From: Lytechinus pictus
Lineage: Eukaryota
Direction: 5' to 3'
NCBI RefSeq assembly: GCF_037042905.1
Contig: NC_087245.1
Span: 39,928,001-39,992,000 of the forward strand
Length of the DNA stretch: 64,000 bases
In this document: one piece after another, positions 12,801 through 24,800 of the stretch
Layout of the letters: the number at the start of each line of letters is the position of its first letter
Position numbering within the stretch: position 1 is the stretch's first letter
Made by a program: the position numbers and the translations under genes
The notes under the pieces: model-generated
Seen by the model: the letters and a program-made list of their open reading frames with translations, nothing else
Told to the model about the DNA's origin: nothing
The model's database searches: none

Positions 12801-15800
12801 CTGCATGCAATGTTCTTGTGCGAAACATGTGATCTTATCGATTTCCTAAGAATAAACTGACATAAATTTCAGGAATGTCCCACTTACAGGGGATGGAGCA
12901 ATCTTAAGTGGTCTTGGAAACCAGTTCGGAAATTTACCTTCCAATGTGGTTTTCAAGACCGTTTTGCTTCGATAAACTAGTTTAGGCATAGATGAAGACA
13001 CAACCCTTCTTCAAGAACTTCACTCAGAAATACTGAAGCATGTGCATGTTGGGCGCGATACTCCACACACACACACAGTATGACTCGTCGATGCAGAATG
13101 CTGTCACTGCATGCAATGTTCTTGTGCGAAACATGTGATCTTATCGATTTCCTAAGAACAAACTGACCGAAATTACAGGAATGTCCCACTTACAGGGGAA
13201 GGGGCAGTGGGATATACATATTTTATGGACTTGCCCTGTAGGTAAACCAGATTGATGAGAGACCCACACAGATCACATCGCGCTCAAAGAAAAAGTTAAA
13301 AAGAGAGCAATGCAAGATTTCGCACTTAGGTGCCTCAAAGCACTACTGTGGTACCAATGTACGTAGCTTACCACTAGCTCTCCTAGGTTGTCCTCCTCGC
13401 CGAGCTCCACCTCTCCTTTGTGGGTCTTCTTCATGATGGTCATTGGCATACTCTTCTTATCTTGCTCAGTCTGAACAATCATCTCCAACTCCTAATCAAG
13501 AAATAAACATTGAAATGCAAAATCAAGACACAAATGATGTTTAAATACAATTAGGGTTCTTCATGGTTCAGGAAAAGGTAAAACTATGGAAAGGCAGCAA
13601 TGAGCTGGTATTCAAGTATGATCTATTGTATGATCTATCCAAACTCAAGTTGGGCCACGCTCAAACTATTGAAAGAGGACATTTGGCCAAGTACAATGGA
13701 TTGAAAAAGAGAGCAGATAGATCATATTAAGAAGCAAAAGAAAATGTTGGCATAATAAAACACACATATGGAGAATAAAAATACAACTCTTTAAGAGAGA
13801 TGGCGAGGGAGAGAAAGAGAGGAGGGAGATGGGAGAATAAAATGTTTAGATAGGGCAGTATGCATTGTAGAGGAAAAATAACAAGTGATAGGCTCAAAAC
13901 AGAAGTCTTGCCAGACATGATATCCAGTAATAAATGCAAACTGGCTCAAACTATTAAAGACTATCTACAAAAAGCTGGTTGAATGAATGTACTTTTGCTA
14001 GGAGCTCAAAGAAAAATGTGCATATATTACAGACTTGATTACATTATCATAACAGTTTGATTGTCCAACTGATAGCGACGTTCAACAAAAAATTATAAAG
14101 TTATGTCATAATACAATGTAATTCATTCAGTGAATGAGTTTTTAGAGACGGTATTTGTGCACCTGTTATATTTGTTTGTCTGTGGGTAATTTTTCTTGTT
14201 TTTGCTGAATGTATAATGATTTTTTTTTTGGTGAAGTTACGGAAATGAAAATTATTGAAAGATGAAAAATACTAATGTTGTTTTTAATTTGAGCTGATGA
14301 TTTTCATCATGGTACATTTTACTCACATGCTTAGCCTCCTGTTCCCTCCATTTCATGAGCTCCTTGGATGCCAGCTGATCAGAAGACATGCGTACCAGAT
14401 TCCTAGGGGAGATCTCTCCCTTTAAGATGTGACGGAAGAGACCCTGCATGCAAAGAGATAGCAGTGTGAGAACAAACATGCACGTTGCAATACGACAGGT
14501 CTTTATAATGCCTGCACTGTATACCTACGAGAAACACTGACCGGATGGATGACTTATCCTAGTCTGCAGGCTAACAGTTCGCCAATCAATGTACAACACT
14601 CGGTCATCATCACAAATCCCTCTTCACATCCCCCGGACATTCAAATCAGTAGGTGATAGGTCATTTTCTGTGTTTGCCCCAAAATATTGGAATAGATTAC
14701 CCCCATAAACTTAGACTATGTCCTTCTATTGATGTGTTTAAGATGAATAAACCTATTTTTTTAATATATTGCAAGTAGTGTTTCATTTGTGTAGTTTTTT
14801 TATAAGTTTTTACCGATTTGTTTTGTCATTTGTACAGCGCTTTGTAACTTTTGAAAAAGCGCTTAATAAGAATTACTATTATTATTATTACCAACAGGAA
14901 AAGTGATTACAAAGTTTCTGCCAAACTTTGTTCAGATGAGACAAAAGTTGTATTGAATGATGAAATGGTTTACCACACAACAATTGCAATACACCACACT
15001 AAACTGTCCGAATATGACAACCCCTTAACATCGTTTATTGAATAATAGAACTTTCAAGTCTTTTCAAGTTGAATATTTCAGTTTTGTATCAATTTTGCAA
15101 AATTTATTATGCAAAATCGTTCAAACAATAATAATGCCACACAAAGAAGAATTTACCTTATTCTTCATGTCTTTGATGTTGAAGATGAGTGTCCTGTACT
15201 TTGCTTTATACTTGGCACCTGTATCATTGTAAAGCTTGTAGAGCTCAAACTCCACCTGCTTGGAGACTTTCTTCACATCGTCTGCTGTAACGTTCTTCAC
15301 ATCCGGAGCTTTCTTCACCCTATAAAAACGTAGCATGAAAAATGAAATCAATCAAAAATTCACATGGCAAAACGAACACTAACATGTGTTTATCACTATT
15401 CAACATTTCACAACTTTAATTTAAAAGGAATTCAATCCTGAGGGAATACAGCTCTTTCATCAATGTCATTTTCAAAGAACATATTTTATGATAATTTGTT
15501 CAGGGAGACATCAGAGACTGCTGCATATAACTCTGCGATGAAAAAAACATCAGAGATACATTATTTTTAGACAATGAAAGCTCCCATTTAGGTCTGCAGT
15601 CATTTTTTTAATGCTGCAATTGATCACAATATCTATGCAACAGGCCCCTGAGGACTTAAATAAAAAGTAACACAGCGACATTGGATAAATTGGGCAAAAC
15701 AAAATTTGTTGAATATAAGATCATCAATAGAAAACAAACCTGGTTAGGAGAACATCCAGGAGCGTCCTCTTGACGTTGACCCTTACGCTCTCCGATGTCT

Positions 15801-18800
15801 GCTCAGCCAGCTTACTACTCTCCGCCTGCTGCCTCAGACGTTCCTCCTTCTCTCGCTTCTCCCTCTCCCTCCTCTCTCTGTCTTCCTTCCTCCTCTTCTC
15901 GTCCTCCCTCTTCTTTCTCTCCTCTTCCTCTCTTTTCTCCTCCTCCCGTTTCCGTCTGCTCTCCTCCATCCTCTTCCTTTCCAGCTCCCTCTCCCGGGCC
16001 TCTTCCTCCCTTCTTTTCATCTCCAGTAGCATCCGAACCTGAAGAGACAAAAAACATTAGCAATGTCACAGTCTAGACGTAAATGCCAGTTGCGGTAACC
16101 TCAAAATAAGTTTGAACAAAATCCAATGTCCTAGAGTGACTATATGTATGAATTAAGATTGAGTCACAACACATTTTTTTTAAGTGCCTACATGCAACTT
16201 TTTGGCAGAAATCGGTGGACCAGAAAAAAAAAATCTGAAATTGTTGGCAGACATTTTGGTTATAGTCACATGCATGCTATCTGTGTCCTGTTTTGTGACC
16301 GTTAGGAGATTTGATTCAGTTTGTTATAATTTCAGAGATTCCAGTGCTTCAGTGAAGTTTACAGCACACCCCAAGGGGAGCATTTCATGAAAGGACTTGT
16401 CCGAAGTTTTATCGGACAAGTCCCATTTTATCCGACATTTACCATAATAACATTGCTTCTCAGTCAATCAAAATCAAGGAAAGTTGTCAGATCTGACAAC
16501 TTGTCAGACAAAATTTTTGATGAAATGCTCCCCAGTTCTTAGACCTCATGAACTGCCTTTCACAATCACTATGGAACAGTTCCACTATTCACAACCTGAA
16601 CTTTATCTGAAAGTCAGTAAGGGGGTCAGCTTTCATGGGGAATATGACACCTTTCGGTCCTGGTAGAGCTATGGGAGAACAAGATTTATGACGAGCAGTC
16701 TCTATGTAATGCTACTGGAAGATGCCTTCTTGTAAAGTTGTAGTGTGGTCTAGTGGTTGGAGCACTGGACTCATGATCATGCGGTTAAGAGTTTGAATCC
16801 CTGTTCTACCATTGTCCCCACTCTGAAGACCAGAGAGTAATTTCTGTCATCTAAAACTTATAAAGTCAGCCACTATGCCTGATTACCTTCGAAGTCAAAT
16901 ATCTCATGTGTATTTGATCATATCAGCAGAAAGCTATCCTGCAGAGTTATTACAGGAGATATAAGCTCACTTTCCCTGGCCTGACAGATGCCCGAGGCTA
17001 ATTAGAATTGGCCGAAGTATTTCTCGCTGGTGCACCGAGTTTGCTGTCCCCCCAAAATGCCAAAGGTATTTCTAATGCTTATCACAAAATCTGGGGTCAG
17101 CAAATAATGATCCACTCCTCATGAAAGCCAATGCCCAACCGAGTGTAAAGCATGACTTTCAGTCTGACTGAACACTTTACCTTTTCTCTCCTCTCTCTCT
17201 GTCTTCTCTCAATGTCGTCCGCCCCCGTGTTCGCACCATCCTTGGTAGGACTGGTGATTTGCTTGGTACTAATCTTACGCTCCGAATCAGAGGACGACAG
17301 ATTCCTGCTGGGGTCGCCCTCGTGTGACAGCCTCCTCGATTCAGATTTATGCTTTGATGATCCTTTACCTGCACCAAAAAGAACAAACATAATATTAATA
17401 ATAATAATAAATCTCAAACAAGAACTTATCAATTACATTCTTTACACAGAACAATATACATGATAAATAATACATCACATTTTATTACGATAGCAGGCAC
17501 TCAGAATTTTTGCAATAATGTTTGCACAATAGATGGGGGGAGAGAGAAAACAAAGCCACAGAAAGAGAAACAAATAGGAAGCCAAAGGAAATAGGAAAAT
17601 ACAGATGAGGTAAGGACAACTGACAGGAGAGTGCACTTCATGATTTAAATAACAAAATTCACTCATGTTCCCCTATATGGGTTTGTATAATAGAATTTTA
17701 CAAAGGAAATTCAGAGAATCCACACATTTTTTTTTAGTGGGAGGGGGGGGGGGCTTTGGAACCGTAACATTTCAATATCAATAACAGTAACCAATTCTAG
17801 CACATTTGCTTATCTATAGAATTAAGTCTAATTGCCTAACTTCTTATAAAAAATATGAATGAAAAGCAATCAAAGACAGTTTTATGTTTTAAGGGGGGGG
17901 GGGGGGGTAAGTTGGTACGTGTTCCTTTCAACAAGAAACAAGCATTATCATGATAAAGTACTCATCAATGCTTTAACCCTATTTAGGCCGGGGTATTTTG
18001 GGAGTTCATATGGCCGTGGGGGGGGGGGGGGCCTCCCAGGCCCCCCTTGAGATCTCGGCCGTCAACCGCGCGATCGCGCCAAAAATTGGCATGCGGGTTG
18101 CCTGGGACATAATCTACAAAATTGTATAGTAATTTATTTCATGCGAATGGCTATTAAGTGATTATGCTAATTTATGCGTAATTAGTATGCAAAATCATAC
18201 TTTTTCCTCTAACTCCCGAAATAATGCTCCAAATGTTCTAATATTTGGTATAGAAACTCTTTGTGGTGTTCTTAGCAAGTGCACATGAAAAAAATTGCGA
18301 TATCAAATCAATTTCTTATGTATTATATTGTTTTTTGCAATTACTTATGTATTTCCTTGTTATTTTTTCCTTTTGTTTTTCATTGTTTTTTCAATGGAAT
18401 TTGTTGGGGACTCTTCAGAGATCATAAAAAGCATAAAATAAATACATTTAGACCAGCAAAACTAAAAATAATCATACATTTATGAATTTTGGTTGAAAAC
18501 ACAATTTGCATTGACTTTGTACACAAAACCACGTTTTTGAGCAAATTTTGGTCTGACATGCACTTACATAATGTTGCGTAATTTCGGAACCATGTACCCG
18601 GGTGACACAAAATTGGTCTCAAAAGTTGCGCAAGACTTGAAAGTAAAAAGTCAGCGAGTGGCGCAGTCAAAAAATTTTGCACAGCGAAAATATCGCACAA
18701 TTCGATGAGGGGGGGCCTCCGAGGCCCCCCCCCCCCCCCGGCCTAGATAGGGTTAAATAGAACAAAATATGACATTGTACTTTGTTGATAAGAAGTTGAA

Positions 18801-21800
18801 TCCTATTTCTCAACATATATTTAGATCCGGGCCCCATCGTACAAAGAGTTGTGATTGGTCCGATCAACCTCAACTATATGGAAAGCCATCAATGTCATAA
18901 CTTTTTTCGACAGGAAAATTTGCGCTGTGTTCTTTTGTAAATAAAGAGGAGCACACTGAATTATCAGGAAAAACGATAGATGTATGAATAAACATATCGA
19001 GAAACTTTTTTTAAAAACGTGAATTTACATGTTGGCATTGTTGGCTTTCCATAGTTGTGGTTGATCAAATCAATCACAACTCTTTATAAGATGCAGCCCG
19101 GCTCTACATTTCAGGAATAATTTACAATGATTTCAAAGGCTTTACCAGGAGAATATGCAGAAGAGGTGTATCCATGTTTGATATTTGGCCTGAGCACTTC
19201 ATACGTTGGATGTCTACCCAGCCAATATGGCAGCTCTTCATACGTCGGTGCTGTTAGGCCCGTGCGAAGACGACCTGTGTGACGCTCTATCACTGATATA
19301 CGCTCGTCCTCTCTCAGCTTCAGTGACTACATAGAGGAGAAAAAGAATACTAGTGATTCAAAAAAACTGAAGGCCATCAGTCTAAGATTAAACATTAATG
19401 CTAGTTGTGGCAACAATCTGTAAATTCGTTCAAACCGAGTCCCATCACATGATCACCCTAATGTTTGTGTGTATGAATAAAATATATGTGCAAAATGATT
19501 CGGGTGGAAAATGTGTAATTGCTGAGAAATCTACCACATAAGCATGGCATTCCAGTGAGATGAGTCTTTTCCCAAGAAATAATAATAATGCGTTGCCCCA
19601 TACATTCTCATCTGTGTGGGTGATCTTTATTGTGGTCATTTTTCAGCTACTGTATAGAATTCTTCCTGCATCAATTTTTCAATAGGCAGTTATTTACTAA
19701 ATAAAAAATTTTGTGACAAACTTTTTTTTCACTAGGGTATATCGACGCCATACTGAAGAATAACCAACCTGAGTCGGAGTGCCGGCAGAACCGCCTGCGG
19801 AATCCCTCCTTCCCTTGAGTCCCGTAGCCCTTTCCTTCTCAGCGGCAAGGAGCTTCATGCTCTCTTTGGCATGCTTCACTATGCAGCCTGGACTACAGTA
19901 CACCGACCCGGCCCTGGCCCAGTTCTCACACCGGGTCCCGATGCAGTGCTGCTTGGGTGGAGGGGGTCGGAAGAACTTGAGCCGTTTCTTCTTGCTGGCC
20001 ACCTCCTCCTCGGGCTCCTTTTTAGACTTTTTCATGAGAGATTAAAAATAAATATGTATTTTAAATGGGTAAAAATTTATCAGACTGGAATTAAATGATT
20101 GAAATAAAAAGATCAAGACAGGATCAAAATTGTGTGAAATATTCCATAGCATTGTTTTTACACAATGGCATTCTTTAAAAAAAAGTTTCCTCTTTAACTA
20201 ACATCATCTACACAATGTATACTTTTTTATTGACCTCTTTCATAACCAACCACTTCATTAAGTTTCATGTATGATGCATCAAGCACTATTTTAATGAGGT
20301 GAAGAGAAAAATTAACTAACGCTTGAATTTCGAAATGTTCTGATTTTTTTATTAGAAAAGTTGAAAATGAAAGCAATACATACCTCTGAGTCCTTCTTTG
20401 TCCCTGCATCGCTCTTCCTTTTCCTCTTCTTCTCTTCACCCGCCTTTCCTCTCTTCTTCTTTTTCTCATCTTCCTCGTCGATATACTCCTCATCTTCCAT
20501 CTTTTCTTCTCTCCTATCTCTGCTCTTCCGCCTGGCTTTCTCCTTGGAATGTGCATCCTTGGAGTCATCTGTTTCTTGCTTAGACTTCTTACTCTTGTCG
20601 TCCTTTGCCTTGGACTTGTCTGTTGCCTCGGTCTTTTCCTCTTCTGACAAAATGATTCAAAGATTTCGAAATCAATCAATATAAATAACTTGACAAAGTT
20701 CCACTCAAATTGTTACAATATTTTTCTAAACTAAAGCATGTTGTAGCAGTCACAAGTGGAACGCCTCTGGCAGTCTCACCTGCATTACGCGATCCAATAT
20801 ACCAGCAGTGCTGACTTTGAAAAACAGCTATTAAATAATGATTCACAAAACAAAATACTCATATGATAATACCCAACATGGCCCTTGACCATGATCATAT
20901 GACCTAAGACATTGGGTATACAAAGTTTCATGATCTCGTCATGTCTACATCTTTTAGAAGAGATAATCAGATGGCAAGATCTTTAAAAGATGTAGACATG
21001 ACAAGATCCAAGATATTATCATCTGATCATCTACATGTATCCCACATGATGCAGACATGACGAGATCCAAGATCTTGCCATCTGATCATCTCTCTCACGG
21101 GATGTAGACATGACGAGATCCAAGATCTTTTCATCCAATCATCTCTCCCACAGGATGAAGACATGACGAGATCTAAGATCTTGCCATCTGATCATCTCTG
21201 TTACTGCGACGCATTGCGCGCATTAATTGTGACGTAATTAGTGTAATTTTAATCTTGATTGCTGCGTCATGGTTGCCATGTATATTTGCGCATAATAATA
21301 ATAATAATAATCATAATAGTTGCGCGCGTGTTATAAATAATTGTCATTGTTTAAGTATTACGAAGGAAAAAGGCTGTGTCCAGTCCAGTATACAGAAAGA
21401 AACAGAAAGCCATATTTGGTAAGATTACTTTTATTTGATTATTAATTGCACTCTGTTATTTACCAAATATTCATTATGAGAATAATGATGAATGGATGTT
21501 GTTATAATGTGAATGATGATGATTAACTAAATTATGTAAATATGAATCTAATGTGTAAACGAAAAGATAATATGTCTGTGTATTCATGATTCTTGTATAT
21601 CTGTTTTATAATTTTCAGAATGTTATCTGCAACGCTTAATCTACAAAATATTTCTACTGATCATTAATCGACAATCATCTATATTAAAGAGTTCTTTAAA
21701 TCGTATGAAACTCGTCCTGTCATTCGTCGTATATTATTGGAAACTCCTCTTATATAGAGGCAGCCACAATAACATTCAAATTAAGCATCAAGCTGAATAA

Positions 21801-24800
21801 CATTCAAAAAGCTGACAATGGACATGATGGAGAGAAAAGATAAGCATGATAAGGAAGAATGCGGATCTCTCAAGTCAAAGTGCAGTTCCACGAGGACTGG
21901 AGTAAGTCTAGCGGTCTCTGTAGAGCTGGAAATGTTGGAGTTAAAAAAGAAGGCCGCCGCCATGCAAGCAAAATTGTCTTTCAAAGAAAAGGAAAAGAAA
22001 GTAAAGGAAATGGAAAGAAAAGCCAAGATGGCACAAGAAGCATACGAAGAGATGCAAGATGCATTAGTCTGCGAGATAGAACTCGCAGAAAACGAAGCTA
22101 AGTTAGAAGTGCTGGAAGAATTTGGATTGGAGAAATCATCCCTATTGGAAGGACTTGATGTCAATAAAGAAGCTGATATGGATAGATTTCTGAAGTCATG
22201 CGAGGCAGATGTAACGCCTCCTCCAAATCTTGTAGCGTGGCAGTCGCCGCAGAATTTCCAAGTACCTTCTACCCAACAGTCAGGATGGGAGCAGATTGCC
22301 AAATCACTGGAAAGATGTGTTACTCAGCTCGGCAACGTAAGTCTCCAACAATGTGCCGCTAATCAGGAAATGTCGGCATCTCTTCAGCTACCTAAGATAG
22401 ACATTCCCATCTTTAATGGAGACCCCATGACCTACCCAATGTGGAAGCATGCATTCATAAGTATGATAGATAGCAAGCCAATGGGATCTACCACCAAGTT
22501 GATGTACCTGAATAATTATGTAACAGGAAAACCAAAGGATGTCGTCCAGCATTTCATGCTGATAGGAAGTGAAGATGGCTATGAAAGAGCGATGAGTCTC
22601 ATAAGTGAGAGATATGGAAATCCAAGCATCGTTAGCACAGCCTACATGAATAAACTTGCCGCCTGGCCAAAGATAGGACCGAAGGATTCAAACGGTTTGA
22701 TGGAGCTCGCAGATTTCCTAGGAAAAGTAAAGGCAGCAAAGCAATCAGTAAAATCTCTTGGAATCTTAGATTATCCACAGGAGAATGCCAAACTTCTAGA
22801 GAAATTGCCTGTATATCTCGAAGGAAGATGGAGAGATGAGATTGACCGTCAGAGAGAAAACATCGACCAACAAGAATATCCATCATTCTCAAAGTTTGAA
22901 GAGTTTGTGAGAAGGGCAGCTAATAAGGCCAACATCCCTGAACTTGCAGGCCTCAGAGAAACCTCGAGAAGTCTTGGAGCATTGGGTCCTAAAGCAAGAA
23001 CCTTCGCTACAGATGGAAGGAGGGTAAAATCGGAATGGTCGAAAAATGGAAGCTATGCAAACTGTCCTTGGTGTAAGGAAGACCATACCCTAGATGAATG
23101 TGATGATTTCGTCACCAAGCCTATGTATGACCGGAAGGCATTTTTCTTCAAGCGGAGACTGTGCATGGGATGTGGGATGACAGATAGTCATCGTATCAAG
23201 GAGTGCCAAGATCGACGATCGTGCAAGGAATGTGGGGGTAGCCATCTGTCCTGTCTACACTATGCTACCAAGAAGACTGAGCATGCAGGGTTTGCCAACT
23301 GTACTACAGTATGCTCAATCCAGGATCAAAACGGCAGAGATCATAGTATGATTGTACCAGTCTGGGTGAGACATCAAGAAAATCCAAGTAAAGAGTGCCT
23401 TGTGTATGCAGTGCTTGATGATCAGTCAAATGTAAGCTTCATGTCAGAGAAACTGCGTGACAAACTCGGCGTAAAGGGAGCTTCAACAAATCTGCAGCTG
23501 ACAACAATGCATGGAAGTTCTAACATCGAAAGTAAGAAAATCAAGGGTCTGGAGATACAAGACTATAATAAGGAGCATGTAATTCAACTACCAGTGGCCT
23601 TTGCAAGACAGGAAATACCAGCCAGCAGGTCACAAATACCCAAGAAGGAGGTGGTAAATCACTGGCCTCATCTTCGTCAAGTTGCGGATGAAATGATACC
23701 CTATGATAGAAACATTGATGTGTCACTCTTGATCGGAAATGATTGCCCAAGAGCTATCCGGCCTCGACAAGTAATCACTGGAGGGGAGGATGATCCCTAT
23801 GGTCAAAAATCTCTCCTAGGTTGGGGAATTATTGGAAAAGTCTGCCTGACATCTGAAAGTTCAGGTGCTGTTGTTTGCAACAAAGCTACAAGTTGTGAGA
23901 GCGAGAAGTTTGCAGTCCCGTCAACAGCGAAAGAAATCCTCTGCCCGCAGAAAGTCATTGCGATTCTCGAGAAGGACTTTGCTGATGAAAACATGGGAGG
24001 GCAGTCTATCTCAATGGAGGACAAGAAGTTCCTGCGAATCATGGAGAAAGGAATAAGGAAACGACCAGACGGACATTATGAGATGCCCCTCCCCCTCAAG
24101 ACGCCTAACACATCGCTACCATACAATCGCAAAGTAGCAGAGAACCGATGGAAACAACTAAATGCCAGGTTTAGAAGGAACCCAAAGTTTATGGAAGACT
24201 ACATAGAATTCATGAAAGATGTGCTTGAAACATGTGCTGAAAGGGCTCCCTCTAGCTACAAACAAGGAAAGGTAAACTATGTACCCCATACTGGTGTCTA
24301 TCATCCCAAAAAGCCAGGGAAAATACGTGTGGTCTTTGATTGCTCAGCAAAGTGTGAAGGAATCTCACTCAATGACAACCTCCTACAAGGACCAGACTTG
24401 ACTAATGGCTTAGTTGGAGTACTGTGCAGGTTCCGCCAAGAAGAAGTTGCTGTCGTTGGAGACATCAAAGGAATGTTTCACCAATTCTTCGTGTCGGAGG
24501 AAGATCGGGACCTTCTCCGTTTCTTGTGGTGGGAAGATGGTGACCCAAACAAAAACGTGATCGAATACAGGATGAAGGTTCACCTATTCGGCGCTACTAG
24601 CTCACCTGGATGTGCTAACTATGGCTTCAAGAAAGCAGCAGATGATGGCGAAGCTGAGTTTGGGTCCAATGCAGCTTCATATATTCGAGATGACTTCTAT
24701 GTCGACGACGGACTTAAGTCAGTCGCAACCCCAGATGAAGCCGTGAGTGTCATGAAAGCAAGTCAAGCAATCTGCAGTAAAGCTGGACTGAGATTACACA

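Noticed and set aside
16739-16820. Possible tRNA gene
   Set aside because: Acceptor stem does not close; better explained as a SINE head
20990-21198. CRISPR-like repeat array
   Set aside because: Eukaryotic minisatellite without unique spacers or cas genes
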